Of a stretch of DNA of 52,713 nt, positions 45,587 through 52,713 are shown one piece after another. The notes beneath the pieces were generated by a model. The model was given only the letters and a program-made list of their open reading frames with translations. It was not told the DNA's origin and did not search any database. Source of the DNA: a virus (Duplodnaviria; Caudoviricetes); IMG/VR virus record IMGVR_UViG_3300045971_000144, positions 1 to 52,713 of that record; one strand, written 5' to 3'. Position 1 is the first letter of the stretch, and every line of letters begins with the position of its first letter. The position numbers were made by a program, and so were the translations under genes.

Positions 45587-45802
45587 ATGAAAAAGTATAG
45601 CATCGTACAAACTATTATGCTGAGTTTCCTAACTCACAATGACTCGTATGATGCTCTGCTTGGTCCCGCGAATGGTTACTTAAAGTTTGACGGCAAGGAT
45701 ATTATCTTTGTAACATACAACGGTAAAGAAGTTGTATCGCACACAACTAATAATGCCATTGCCCTTTGGTTAGAACAAGGTAAGATTGAGGAGTTAAAAT
45801 AA
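45587..45802 (+). CDS. hypothetical protein
   Basis: 71 aa ORF, TAATG-coupled to the next gene. Confidence 0.55.
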   Translation: MKKYSIVQTIMLSFLTHNDSYDALLGPANGYLKFDGKDIIFVTYNGKEVVSHTTNNAIALWLEQGKIEELK

Positions 45803-46227
45803 TGTTTAGCAAGTTAAAAAAGTTTTTCACAAGTAGCAATGTACCTGACGAAGTTTTTGTGCCGCCACCAGTTGCGGAGAAGAAACCACGATCACCACGC
45901 AAGAAAAAAGTTGAGGTGCCAGTCTTAACTGACGCAGTTAACATTGAAAAAGTAAAAGCAACCGCCGCTGGCGAGCCGTGGGTTAATGTCACTGGTGTTG
46001 AGATTGATCTTGACAATGTTGGTGCTGGCAGTTTTAATTTAGATTTCAATGACATATTTGTGGCACGGTTAGTCAAAGCAGGCTACCGTGGTAATACTGA
46101 CATTCAAATCGTGGACCAATGGTTTACTGAAATTTGTAGAAACATTGCTCTAGAAACATTTGCCCAAGACATGGCCGATCCCGATAAACGCACTGAATGG
46201 ACTAATAAGTCAACCCCTACTTCTTGA
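45802..46227 (+). CDS. hypothetical phage protein
   Basis: EKVKATAAGEPWV..G.F.LDFNDIFV..L..AGY..IVDQWF..IC; GAGGAG SD. Confidence 0.7.
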   Translation: MFSKLKKFFTSSNVPDEVFVPPPVAEKKPRSPRKKKVEVPVLTDAVNIEKVKATAAGEPWVNVTGVEIDLDNVGAGSFNLDFNDIFVARLVKAGYRGNTDIQIVDQWFTEICRNIALETFAQDMADPDKRTEWTNKSTPTS

Positions 46228-46726
46228 TTTTAGAATAAGTCAACCCTTCATGTCCATTAGACCTTCCTTTCTTGGCCATTGATATAGCCAGTCGTCTTTC
46301 AGCAGGCATTGGCCCATTAACACGCCCAGTTAGTATGTTTGATATTTTCTGGCCAGTCGACGGGTTTCTTTTTGTCCCCAATCGTGCGGCAGATATTTTC
46401 TGTTTGGTGTCAGATCGAACAATTCTTCCAATAACACCGCCACCGTCAACCCCCGTTTCAGGTTTAAGGTTTGCCCAGTTCGGTGATTCAACTATGTCAT
46501 GCGATGCCGAAAATGCTAATGCTTCTTCTTTAAGTAATTCTTCATTATCATACTGATGACACCAAATAGTCGAAACGTCTTTGCCATGGACTGCCAAATG
46601 CCTCTTCCAATATTTTCCAGAACCTAAATATTTGATTGGGTCTTTTCTAGTTGTTTTACAGAAATATTTTAATCCAGTTTGATTATGTTGTTTTATCATT
46701 AGCCATGTAGGCTGATAAATATTCAT
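46217..46726 (-). CDS. free-standing GIY-YIG-like homing endonuclease (paralog of 16185-16802)
   Basis: IYQPTWLMIKQH..TGLKYFCKT..YLGSGKYWKRHL, WANLKPETG. Confidence 0.8.
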   Translation of the reverse strand: MNIYQPTWLMIKQHNQTGLKYFCKTTRKDPIKYLGSGKYWKRHLAVHGKDVSTIWCHQYDNEELLKEEALAFSASHDIVESPNWANLKPETGVDGGGVIGRIVRSDTKQKISAARLGTKRNPSTGQKISNILTGRVNGPMPAERRLAISMAKKGRSNGHEGLTYSKIKK

Positions 46727-46796
46727 GCTGATTGCTCCTTTTAAGCGTTAGAGTAGTTGGAACCGCCAAGTTCGCGAACTACATTTTTATTTATGC
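46724..46796. repeat. endonuclease-associated conserved structured element, copy 2
   Basis: 72/73 nt identical to 16800-16872. Confidence 0.9.
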
Positions 46797-46838
46797 CAGA
46801 ATGCTTGCGATGAAACTATTTTAATGCTACACTACAGC

Positions 46839-47828
46839 ATGAAATACTTACTTATTGACTTGGCAAATTGTTTTTTTAGGGCAATACATGCGAGTGCACG
46901 TGGCTCTGATCTTGAAGAGCGTGTGTCCTTTGCTGTGCACTGTGCGCTTCAAAGTATCGCGTCTGCTTGGCGTGATCAGAATGCCACACACGTTGTGGTA
47001 ATGTTGGAGGGTCACTCGTGGCGTAAGGATTTTTATAAGCCATATAAAGCGAACAGAGAAGTCGCACGTATGGCACAGACTGAGAAAGAGAAGAAAGACG
47101 GTGAAGCGTTTTTTGCTGCGCTAATTGACTTGACTGACTTTCTGATCAACAAAACTAACGTAACCGTTATACAGCATCCAAACTTGGAAGCAGACGATTT
47201 AATCGCAGGCTGGATACAAAATCATCCACTGGATGAGCATGTTATTGTTAGCACTGACACAGACTTCTACCAGTTACTTGCTGAAAACGTCACCCAGTAT
47301 AGCGGTGTATTGCGTCAACTACACACAATAAACGGTGTGTTTGATGCCAAGGGCAAAGCAGTCATTGACAAAAAGACGGGCTTTCCAATCGCAGTGCCAG
47401 ACCCAAAATACATCTTGTTTGAAAAATGTGTTCGTGGTGACCCCACTGACAATGTGTTTAGTGCTTACCCTGGTGCGAGATCAAAAGGCAGCAAAAACAA
47501 GATTGGTATACAGGAGGCATTCGCGGACCGAAATAACAAAGGGTTCAATTGGAATAATTTTCAATTACAACGATGGGTCGATCATAATGAAGTAGAGCAT
47601 AGAGTTTTGGATGATTTTCTCCGAAATGAGATTCTCATTGATTTATCAAAACAGCCACCAGAAATAAGAAAAATTATTGACGACACAGTGTTAGCGTCAG
47701 CCACCGCAAAAAATAAATTAATGATTGGTGCTCAATTTCTTAAGTTCTGTGGAGTTCATAATTTAGTAAAGTTATCTGAACAGTGTGACACTTATGCTAA
47801 GATATTATCTGCCGTTTATGCCACCTAG
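46839..47828 (+). CDS. rnh: T4 RNase H-like 5'-3' exonuclease / flap endonuclease
   Basis: LLIDLAN, WRKDFYKPYKANR, LEADDLIA, VSTDTDFYQL, RGDPTDNV and LIDL motifs; TTGCGA-17-TACACT promoter at 46805-46833. Confidence 0.9.
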   Translation: MKYLLIDLANCFFRAIHASARGSDLEERVSFAVHCALQSIASAWRDQNATHVVVMLEGHSWRKDFYKPYKANREVARMAQTEKEKKDGEAFFAALIDLTDFLINKTNVTVIQHPNLEADDLIAGWIQNHPLDEHVIVSTDTDFYQLLAENVTQYSGVLRQLHTINGVFDAKGKAVIDKKTGFPIAVPDPKYILFEKCVRGDPTDNVFSAYPGARSKGSKNKIGIQEAFADRNNKGFNWNNFQLQRWVDHNEVEHRVLDDFLRNEILIDLSKQPPEIRKIIDDTVLASATAKNKLMIGAQFLKFCGVHNLVKLSEQCDTYAKILSAVYAT

Positions 47829-48449
47829 TATCCAATTTTTATGTTGCTTGTATTTTCCGCTTACGACTCTACTTATACTGCTTTGATCTAAGTTAAATGT
47901 GCGCTGAAAATCATACATAGTCATCGTCACAGTGTTATTGGTAATTGTATTATGAAAAATATATTTATTATGATTATACATATATGAATTTCTTCCTGAA
48001 ATACGTGCTCTCACTTCTGGTCGATTCATGGCATGAACATGTGTGGCATGTTCAGGAAGTTTAGTCCAATGATTATTCCCTGTTTGTTTTTTAATTGTTT
48101 CAGGAGATCGTTTGGTCCCGACCATTCGATCACTCATACGTTTTCGTTCTTCAGCAGACATACAAAGTCGCCCGCCGCCTCCTCCAGTTTCTGGTATTTT
48201 ATTTGCCCATTCAGAACTTTGGACAATGTTCCATAAATTACTGTAATACCGCCCCAGATCGTTTACCTCAATTTTATTACACGATTCATGTAAAATAACC
48301 GTGTCTATATCTTTATTACCATAAGTATTTAAATGCTTAAGCCAATCAACACCAGACCCTTTATATTTGAATGGATTCTGAGTTGTTTGCCCTAAATATT
48401 TAAACCCAGTTTTTCTATGAGTCTTAATGTAAAGATAATAAATATTCAT
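47805..48449 (-). CDS. free-standing GIY-YIG-like homing endonuclease with C-terminal NUMOD1/HTH-like domain
   Basis: YYLYIKTH..TGFKYLGQT..YKGSG, WANKIPETGGG, SSISRVVSGK...KNW. Confidence 0.8.
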   Translation of the reverse strand: MNIYYLYIKTHRKTGFKYLGQTTQNPFKYKGSGVDWLKHLNTYGNKDIDTVILHESCNKIEVNDLGRYYSNLWNIVQSSEWANKIPETGGGGGRLCMSAEERKRMSDRMVGTKRSPETIKKQTGNNHWTKLPEHATHVHAMNRPEVRARISGRNSYMYNHNKYIFHNTITNNTVTMTMYDFQRTFNLDQSSISRVVSGKYKQHKNWILGGINGR

Positions 48450-48516
48450 TGCTGATGCTACTTAAAAGCGTTAGAGTAGGTGGGCTTGCCGGCCGCGATC
48501 TACACAATTATTTATC
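48447..48516. repeat. endonuclease-associated conserved structured element, divergent copy 3
   Basis: Keeps GCTGAT..GCT..AAGCGTTAGAGTAG..GCGA.CTACA..TATTTAT with compensatory stem changes. Confidence 0.8.
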
Positions 48517-48523
48517 AAATCCG

Positions 48524-48552
48524 TTGACTTAACTAATTTTTTATTGTATTAT
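48524..48552 (+). promoter_or_regulatory. sigma70-type early promoter
   Basis: TTGACT-17 nt-TATTAT. Confidence 0.65.
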
Positions 48553-48580
48553 ACATATATCACATACATTAAGGATTAAT

Positions 48581-49297
48581 ATGAAACTCGTTAAATTTCT
48601 CGCAGCCGCAAACTGTAACGTATCAGGCGGATCTCTGTATGGATGGGACTGTTATGGCCCAAATGCGCAATATCTCGACATTTGTGACAAAGACAACAAC
48701 GAGATCGGTGGCTGTATATTTGATAGGCAAACGCAGGAAGTGTATGAAGTTGAGGTGGAGGATGTAGAAACTTCAAAAATGTACTGCTGGCGTGATTTGA
48801 AATTTGCTGAAGAGTATGAAGAAGAAGCAAAAAGACGTCAGGTTGATTTGGATCAAGACATCAACATGGTTTATGTTGAAGAAATTATTCTTGACGTTGT
48901 TAAAGGATTGTGCGGTGTAGAGGATAGTGTAATGTTTGATGCCGCTGAACCTGATGAGTTTACTACCGAGCACATGGATGAAGACGAGCCGCCGCATATT
49001 GAAGATGATGAGTTTGCTGCTAGTGCAGCAGCGGCTGAGGCAGAGTTTGATCGCATTTTAGAAGCAGAGCGTGAAGCTCAGCGTAACAACAAAACTTACA
49101 TGGTCACTATTGAAATGACACATGAGATTGAAGTCACTGCGGCTACTATGGAAGATGCCGCAAGCAAGGCTACAGAGTTTGTTAAGGCAATGAAGCCGCA
49201 TGGTGCAAACTTTGACAACACCGTAGGCTGGATAGATACTTACGTATCTAAGGAAACTGTTAGCCGCAAACTCGCGGTGCTTAACGTGGAGATGTAA
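48581..49297 (+). CDS. acidic hypothetical protein
   Basis: 238 aa; GG..YGWDCYGPNA..FD..TQ.VYE; AAGGA SD. Confidence 0.7.
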   Translation: MKLVKFLAAANCNVSGGSLYGWDCYGPNAQYLDICDKDNNEIGGCIFDRQTQEVYEVEVEDVETSKMYCWRDLKFAEEYEEEAKRRQVDLDQDINMVYVEEIILDVVKGLCGVEDSVMFDAAEPDEFTTEHMDEDEPPHIEDDEFAASAAAAEAEFDRILEAEREAQRNNKTYMVTIEMTHEIEVTAATMEDAASKATEFVKAMKPHGANFDNTVGWIDTYVSKETVSRKLAVLNVEM

Positions 49298-49301
49298 AGA
49301 T

Positions 49302-49886
49302 ATGGATAGTATTCTTCAAGAAAAATTGTTTGCTAAATATCCCAAAATATTCGGTGAAAAAGATTTGCCAATGACGCAGACTTGCATGTGTTGGGGCATA
49401 GAGACAGATAATGGTTGGTACAACATTTTAGACAGGTTGTGTAGCAACATTCAGTGGTACATTGATAGCAGTGTCAAGAGCGTCGAGTATAATACCAAAC
49501 ACAACGCCATGGTAACTGCCGCAAAGGCGGGTGACTGGACTTTGTTTGACGAGCAGTTTGTTGGTGGTACTTACACTCCGGCATATTTACAAATGCGTAA
49601 GAAAGAAATACTTACAGAACCATTGCGTAATGCCACTATTGTTACACAAGTGGTGGCTTCACAAGTGAAGGAAAAGTTTGGCGCACTGCGGTTTTACTAC
49701 AATGGTGGCGACGATGTTATTGACGGCATGGTAGGTATGGCAGAGGCAATGAGTGGCTGTACTTGCGAGGCATGCGGCAATATTGGCAGAGTGCGTAGCG
49801 GTGGATGGATGCGTACACTATGCGACGAGCATGCTGAAAAAGCAGGATATAACAAAATTGAAACTGAAGAAGAGGACACACTATGA
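49302..49886 (+). CDS. hypothetical phage protein with C-terminal zinc finger
   Basis: GW..IL..LC, QVKEKFGALRFY, CEACG..TLCDEH. Confidence 0.75.
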   Translation: MDSILQEKLFAKYPKIFGEKDLPMTQTCMCWGIETDNGWYNILDRLCSNIQWYIDSSVKSVEYNTKHNAMVTAAKAGDWTLFDEQFVGGTYTPAYLQMRKKEILTEPLRNATIVTQVVASQVKEKFGALRFYYNGGDDVIDGMVGMAEAMSGCTCEACGNIGRVRSGGWMRTLCDEHAEKAGYNKIETEEEDTL

Positions 49887-50083
49887 CAATGACTTATAAA
49901 TTCATCGCTATTGACGATGAAAACGACGAATGTGGGCCAGCACGGATTATTGAGCACACTATTACAGGTGAGCAAAAATGGAATGAACTGTTAGTACATT
50001 TTGAAAACTGGCTTAGTGGCGTAGGCTTTACTTACGACGGGCATTTAGAAATGGTCGAGGACGAGCCGCGAAAGGTCACATAA
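49883..50083 (+). CDS. hypothetical protein
   Basis: 66 aa ORF, overlap-coupled. Confidence 0.6.
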   Translation: MTMTYKFIAIDDENDECGPARIIEHTITGEQKWNELLVHFENWLSGVGFTYDGHLEMVEDEPRKVT

Positions 50084-50328
50084 TGAACAACATGAGCGAC
50101 ATGCTGGATAAGATGAAAGAGATGCTCGGCGAGGAAACTACGCAAGTAGCTACGTTGGATCATGCTCTTGAAATAGCAATTTCCGCACTGGAGGAAATCG
50201 CAGTTTATGCGGTGTACAGCCAACCAGCACAGTGCGAATACGAAGCAAAGAAGGCGTTGGACGCATTGCGCACGATTAAAGAGTTACACATTAAAAATAG
50301 TCAGAAAGACGAAAGTGCCGAACCATGA
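50083..50328 (+). CDS. hypothetical protein
   Basis: 81 aa ORF, TAATG-coupled. Confidence 0.6.
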   Translation: MNNMSDMLDKMKEMLGEETTQVATLDHALEIAISALEEIAVYAVYSQPAQCEYEAKKALDALRTIKELHIKNSQKDESAEP

Positions 50329-50552
50329 GTAGTGTTAAACTAAGTGAAGGTGATGTGTTTACCATTAAGTGGGCATGTACAAATTTGCCTTACATTGATT
50401 TTGACGACGGAAAAAATGTAAGTAATCGCATTTTCCTCAACAAGCAAGACGTAGTCACGATAATCAAGGAAATGCAATCATTTGTTGATTTTTACACTGA
50501 AGATTTTTCTGCAGGCAGAGTTAACGAAATGTTTAGGTACGAAGATGTTTAA
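50325..50552 (+). CDS. hypothetical protein
   Basis: 75 aa ORF, ATGA-coupled. Confidence 0.55.
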   Translation: MSSVKLSEGDVFTIKWACTNLPYIDFDDGKNVSNRIFLNKQDVVTIIKEMQSFVDFYTEDFSAGRVNEMFRYEDV

Positions 50553-50868
50553 TTCAATAGTAGCTGGCCCAGGCCTAACCACAGTGTCCCCAGTGCCGCC
50601 ACCCACTGTGTCAGGAATGTTAGTATGGGACGGGACAAATAGAAAAGTCAACATTGTTGATCCAAACTATCCAACAACGAGTAACAGCGTGTACCCATCT
50701 GCGCAAATGGTGTGTCTTGATCCTGAAACGTTACATATCATACAGTGGGCAAAAACGAAAATGGTCGCGGAGCAACGCATTGCAGCATTGATGGTACAGC
50801 ATCCTGGGTTAAAAGACTTACACGAAAAATACGAAGTCATGCTCGCGTTAGTACAGGAACATAAATAA
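50545..50868 (+). CDS. hypothetical protein
   Basis: ATG 50545; IIQWAK.KM..E...L...HP.LKD pattern. Confidence 0.6.
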   Translation: MFNSIVAGPGLTTVSPVPPPTVSGMLVWDGTNRKVNIVDPNYPTTSNSVYPSAQMVCLDPETLHIIQWAKTKMVAEQRIAALMVQHPGLKDLHEKYEVMLALVQEHK

Positions 50869-51344
50869 TGAACACTATGTTGACCGCAAAACCAATTGTG
50901 AAAAACAAATTTTGGATCGTTGAAAAAGACGGTCGTCAGTACGCTACTATACAAACATCACCCGCTGGCGTTGCGTTTGTGCAAGATGGTGAGCGCGAAC
51001 AGTTCACCAGCATTAAAGGGTTGAACGAAAAGTACAAGATCGCGTTTGGCAAAAAGCACAAAGCAGCAGAAGCAACAAGGCAATCTGTGTACGGTTTTCC
51101 ATGTGATTGCTTGCCACATAACACCTTATTTAATGTTCAAAAGAAAGTGCCAGTGTACACTAAAGAAGCAGACAGTAAGAGTTTCTTTTGCGCTGGACAT
51201 TACTTAATTGACTACGGAACAAACTCTTTCTCGTACGAATACTGCCCAAAGCTAATCACTGTAAATAGATATAAGTTTTGCGGGCCATTCCACACTAAAG
51301 CTGCCACTCTTGCGTTTCTAAAGTCCCAAAAAACTGCCCAATAA
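50868..51344 (+). CDS. hypothetical phage protein
   Basis: AKPIVKNKFWIVE..PVYTK..SKSFFCAG..CPKLIT..Y...GPF. Confidence 0.75.
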   Translation: MNTMLTAKPIVKNKFWIVEKDGRQYATIQTSPAGVAFVQDGEREQFTSIKGLNEKYKIAFGKKHKAAEATRQSVYGFPCDCLPHNTLFNVQKKVPVYTKEADSKSFFCAGHYLIDYGTNSFSYEYCPKLITVNRYKFCGPFHTKAATLAFLKSQKTAQ

Positions 51345-51400
51345 CAGAGTAGTTTATTCAGAATGGATAAATAAATATACATTACTGGATAATTTACACA

Positions 51401-51688
51401 ATGAGCAGACCAAAACCGCTGATAATTTTAGAGCAAATTAACAAAACTACCTACGTGTCTGAGCAAGTTCTTGGCAGTGAAGGCATCTGGGCGGTGTTTT
51501 ACGATGGCAAACCAATCAACTTAAAAACACACAACATTTTGGTAAGCTACCCTGGCCCAAAGTACAAAAAGGTGTCGTTCTCTAACTCTGGGCATGCTAT
51601 CAATCTGTGCAAGAAACTCAATGCCTTGTTTAAGACTGACAAATTCACAGTCGTATTATTACAGCAAGGCGAAACAATCTACCCGTAA
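51401..51688 (+). CDS. hypothetical phage protein
   Basis: MSRPKP..GIWAVFY..YPGPKYKK.SFSN.GHA.NL; ATAAATA at ~51367. Confidence 0.75.
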   Translation: MSRPKPLIILEQINKTTYVSEQVLGSEGIWAVFYDGKPINLKTHNILVSYPGPKYKKVSFSNSGHAINLCKKLNALFKTDKFTVVLLQQGETIYP

Positions 51689-52062
51689 TGAACAAGCGTG
51701 AGTTAACTAAATTATTTTTAACTCAAGCTGGCAGCACAGTTACAAAAGACTTGGTGACAAAATCGATGCTCCATTGGTGGATTGCGCCTTACGCGACACG
51801 TGGATTTCAACTTACGTTTAAAGGCTATACGTTTTTAACAGACACGCTACAGCTCAAGCATTATATGTATCGCATCAAGGATGATTTTGAAGTAACGATG
51901 CCACATATTTTGTTACTAAGCAAACACATTGAGCACCCATTTTTTCTAATACGCAACGCATCAGGGACTTCACTTACACTGTTTGGCGAGTCAGATGCTG
52001 CGATGATGGGGCTATATTCAGGGGATTTAAAGCAATATCTGCTCAATTTTTCACGAATTTAG
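51688..52062 (+). CDS. hypothetical protein
   Basis: 124 aa ORF, TAATG-coupled. Confidence 0.65.
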   Translation: MNKRELTKLFLTQAGSTVTKDLVTKSMLHWWIAPYATRGFQLTFKGYTFLTDTLQLKHYMYRIKDDFEVTMPHILLLSKHIEHPFFLIRNASGTSLTLFGESDAAMMGLYSGDLKQYLLNFSRI

Positions 52063-52088
52063 TTGTTTTCACGCAACAAATTTAATGG

Positions 52089-52117
52089 TTGACTTTACCA
52101 TGTATCTACGCTATAAT
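52089..52117 (+). promoter_or_regulatory. near-consensus sigma70-type early promoter
   Basis: TTGACT-17 nt-TATAAT. Confidence 0.8.
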
Positions 52118-52145
52118 ACTCGCATAGCAACACAGGACACGTAAA

Positions 52146-52403
52146 ATGGCTAAAACATTTACCATCATCAAAACTCAGCATCGCACTGGCCAAACCTACG
52201 TGCAATCTGGTACACTTGACGAACTCGTTAAGTGCTATTCCTACACACTGGAATGCGGCGCAAGCTACTCGCACGAAAAGGGTAATTCCAAGATCAATCG
52301 CACCCCGAAAACGGTGAAAAGCCTTGTTACAAACCTCAACAATGCTGTGAATAACAGTGCAGCCAACGGCTACGGTGGCGTGACTTACGAACTTTCGGCT
52401 TGA
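52146..52403 (+). CDS. small early hypothetical protein
   Basis: 85 aa with its own promoter and AGGA SD. Confidence 0.7.
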   Translation: MAKTFTIIKTQHRTGQTYVQSGTLDELVKCYSYTLECGASYSHEKGNSKINRTPKTVKSLVTNLNNAVNNSAANGYGGVTYELSA

Positions 52404-52428
52404 CTTTTGGCCCGGTTGGCTGTATAAT
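52400..52428 (+). promoter_or_regulatory. near-consensus sigma70-type early promoter
   Basis: TTGACT-17 nt-TATAAT; the -35 box overlaps the previous TGA stop. Confidence 0.8.
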
Positions 52429-52456
52429 AATTGCATAGCAAAACAGGACACACAAA

Positions 52457-52705
52457 ATGAACGCATACGACGAAATGATTCCAGTTAATCCCAAAACACA
52501 GATGTACGGTTGCGACATTGAAAAGTTTCGCGAATCGCTTGAAAACAGCTTTACGTTTAAGTTTAGCGGTCCTGGAATGTGCGCAATGTCGCTGATGAGC
52601 GACGCTCAGGAAGAAATGGCGTACGGCAACGTTGAGTCTGCTCGCCAAACTATCAACCGCGCCAAGTGGATCATTGGCGAATACATGATGAAGGAACGGG
52701 CATGA
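52457..52705 (+). CDS. small early hypothetical protein
   Basis: 82 aa with its own promoter and AGGA SD. Confidence 0.7.
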   Translation: MNAYDEMIPVNPKTQMYGCDIEKFRESLENSFTFKFSGPGMCAMSLMSDAQEEMAYGNVESARQTINRAKWIIGEYMMKERA

Positions 52706-52713
52706 ACGAACGT

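Noticed and set aside
1-52713. Stop-codon reassignment as seen in some large phages
   Set aside because: Conserved genes are full length in the standard code, and TAA, TAG and TGA all end genes at sensible positions.
1-52713. tRNA, rRNA or CRISPR array
   Set aside because: No cloverleaf with a T-loop/CCA pattern and no regularly spaced repeat-spacer array were seen by eye; tRNAscan-SE was not run.

Overview
A 52.7 kb segment of a large lytic T4-superfamily-like (jumbo/huge) bacteriophage genome read in the standard genetic code. Genes are dense and mostly on the + strand. T4-type late promoters (TAAATA) and sigma70-type early promoters are present. No tRNA, rRNA or CRISPR array was recognised. 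In order, the window holds: a small membrane operon and phoH; a methyltransferase, sulfotransferase-like genes and a TctA/TctC transporter; a GH19 endolysin, a holin, DnaJ and an intein-containing ClpA; a glycosyltransferase; a block of late genes for mosaic proteins with repeated prohead-protease-like [ILV]-x-E sites; a family B DNA polymerase fractured into two genes by a split intein with a Vsr-like endonuclease between the halves; a probable sliding clamp; an Acb1-like 2H phosphodiesterase; a 7-deazaguanine cluster (TGT/DpdA-like, FolE, QueD, a second T-fold protein, QueE) that also contains a GT-B glycosyltransferase and a UDP-sugar dehydrogenase; a T4-type RNase H; and many small early ORFs. 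Five free-standing GIY-YIG-like endonuclease genes are present. The three antisense ones each carry a conserved, covarying ~70-nt two-hairpin element, and two copies 30 kb apart match at 72 of 73 nt. The top candidates for new biology are this endonuclease-linked element, the possible sugar-modified 7-deazaguanine pathway, the split-intein polymerase, the modular virion-cargo polyproteins, and several structured intergenic leaders. All calls come from motif reading by eye; no database searches were run.
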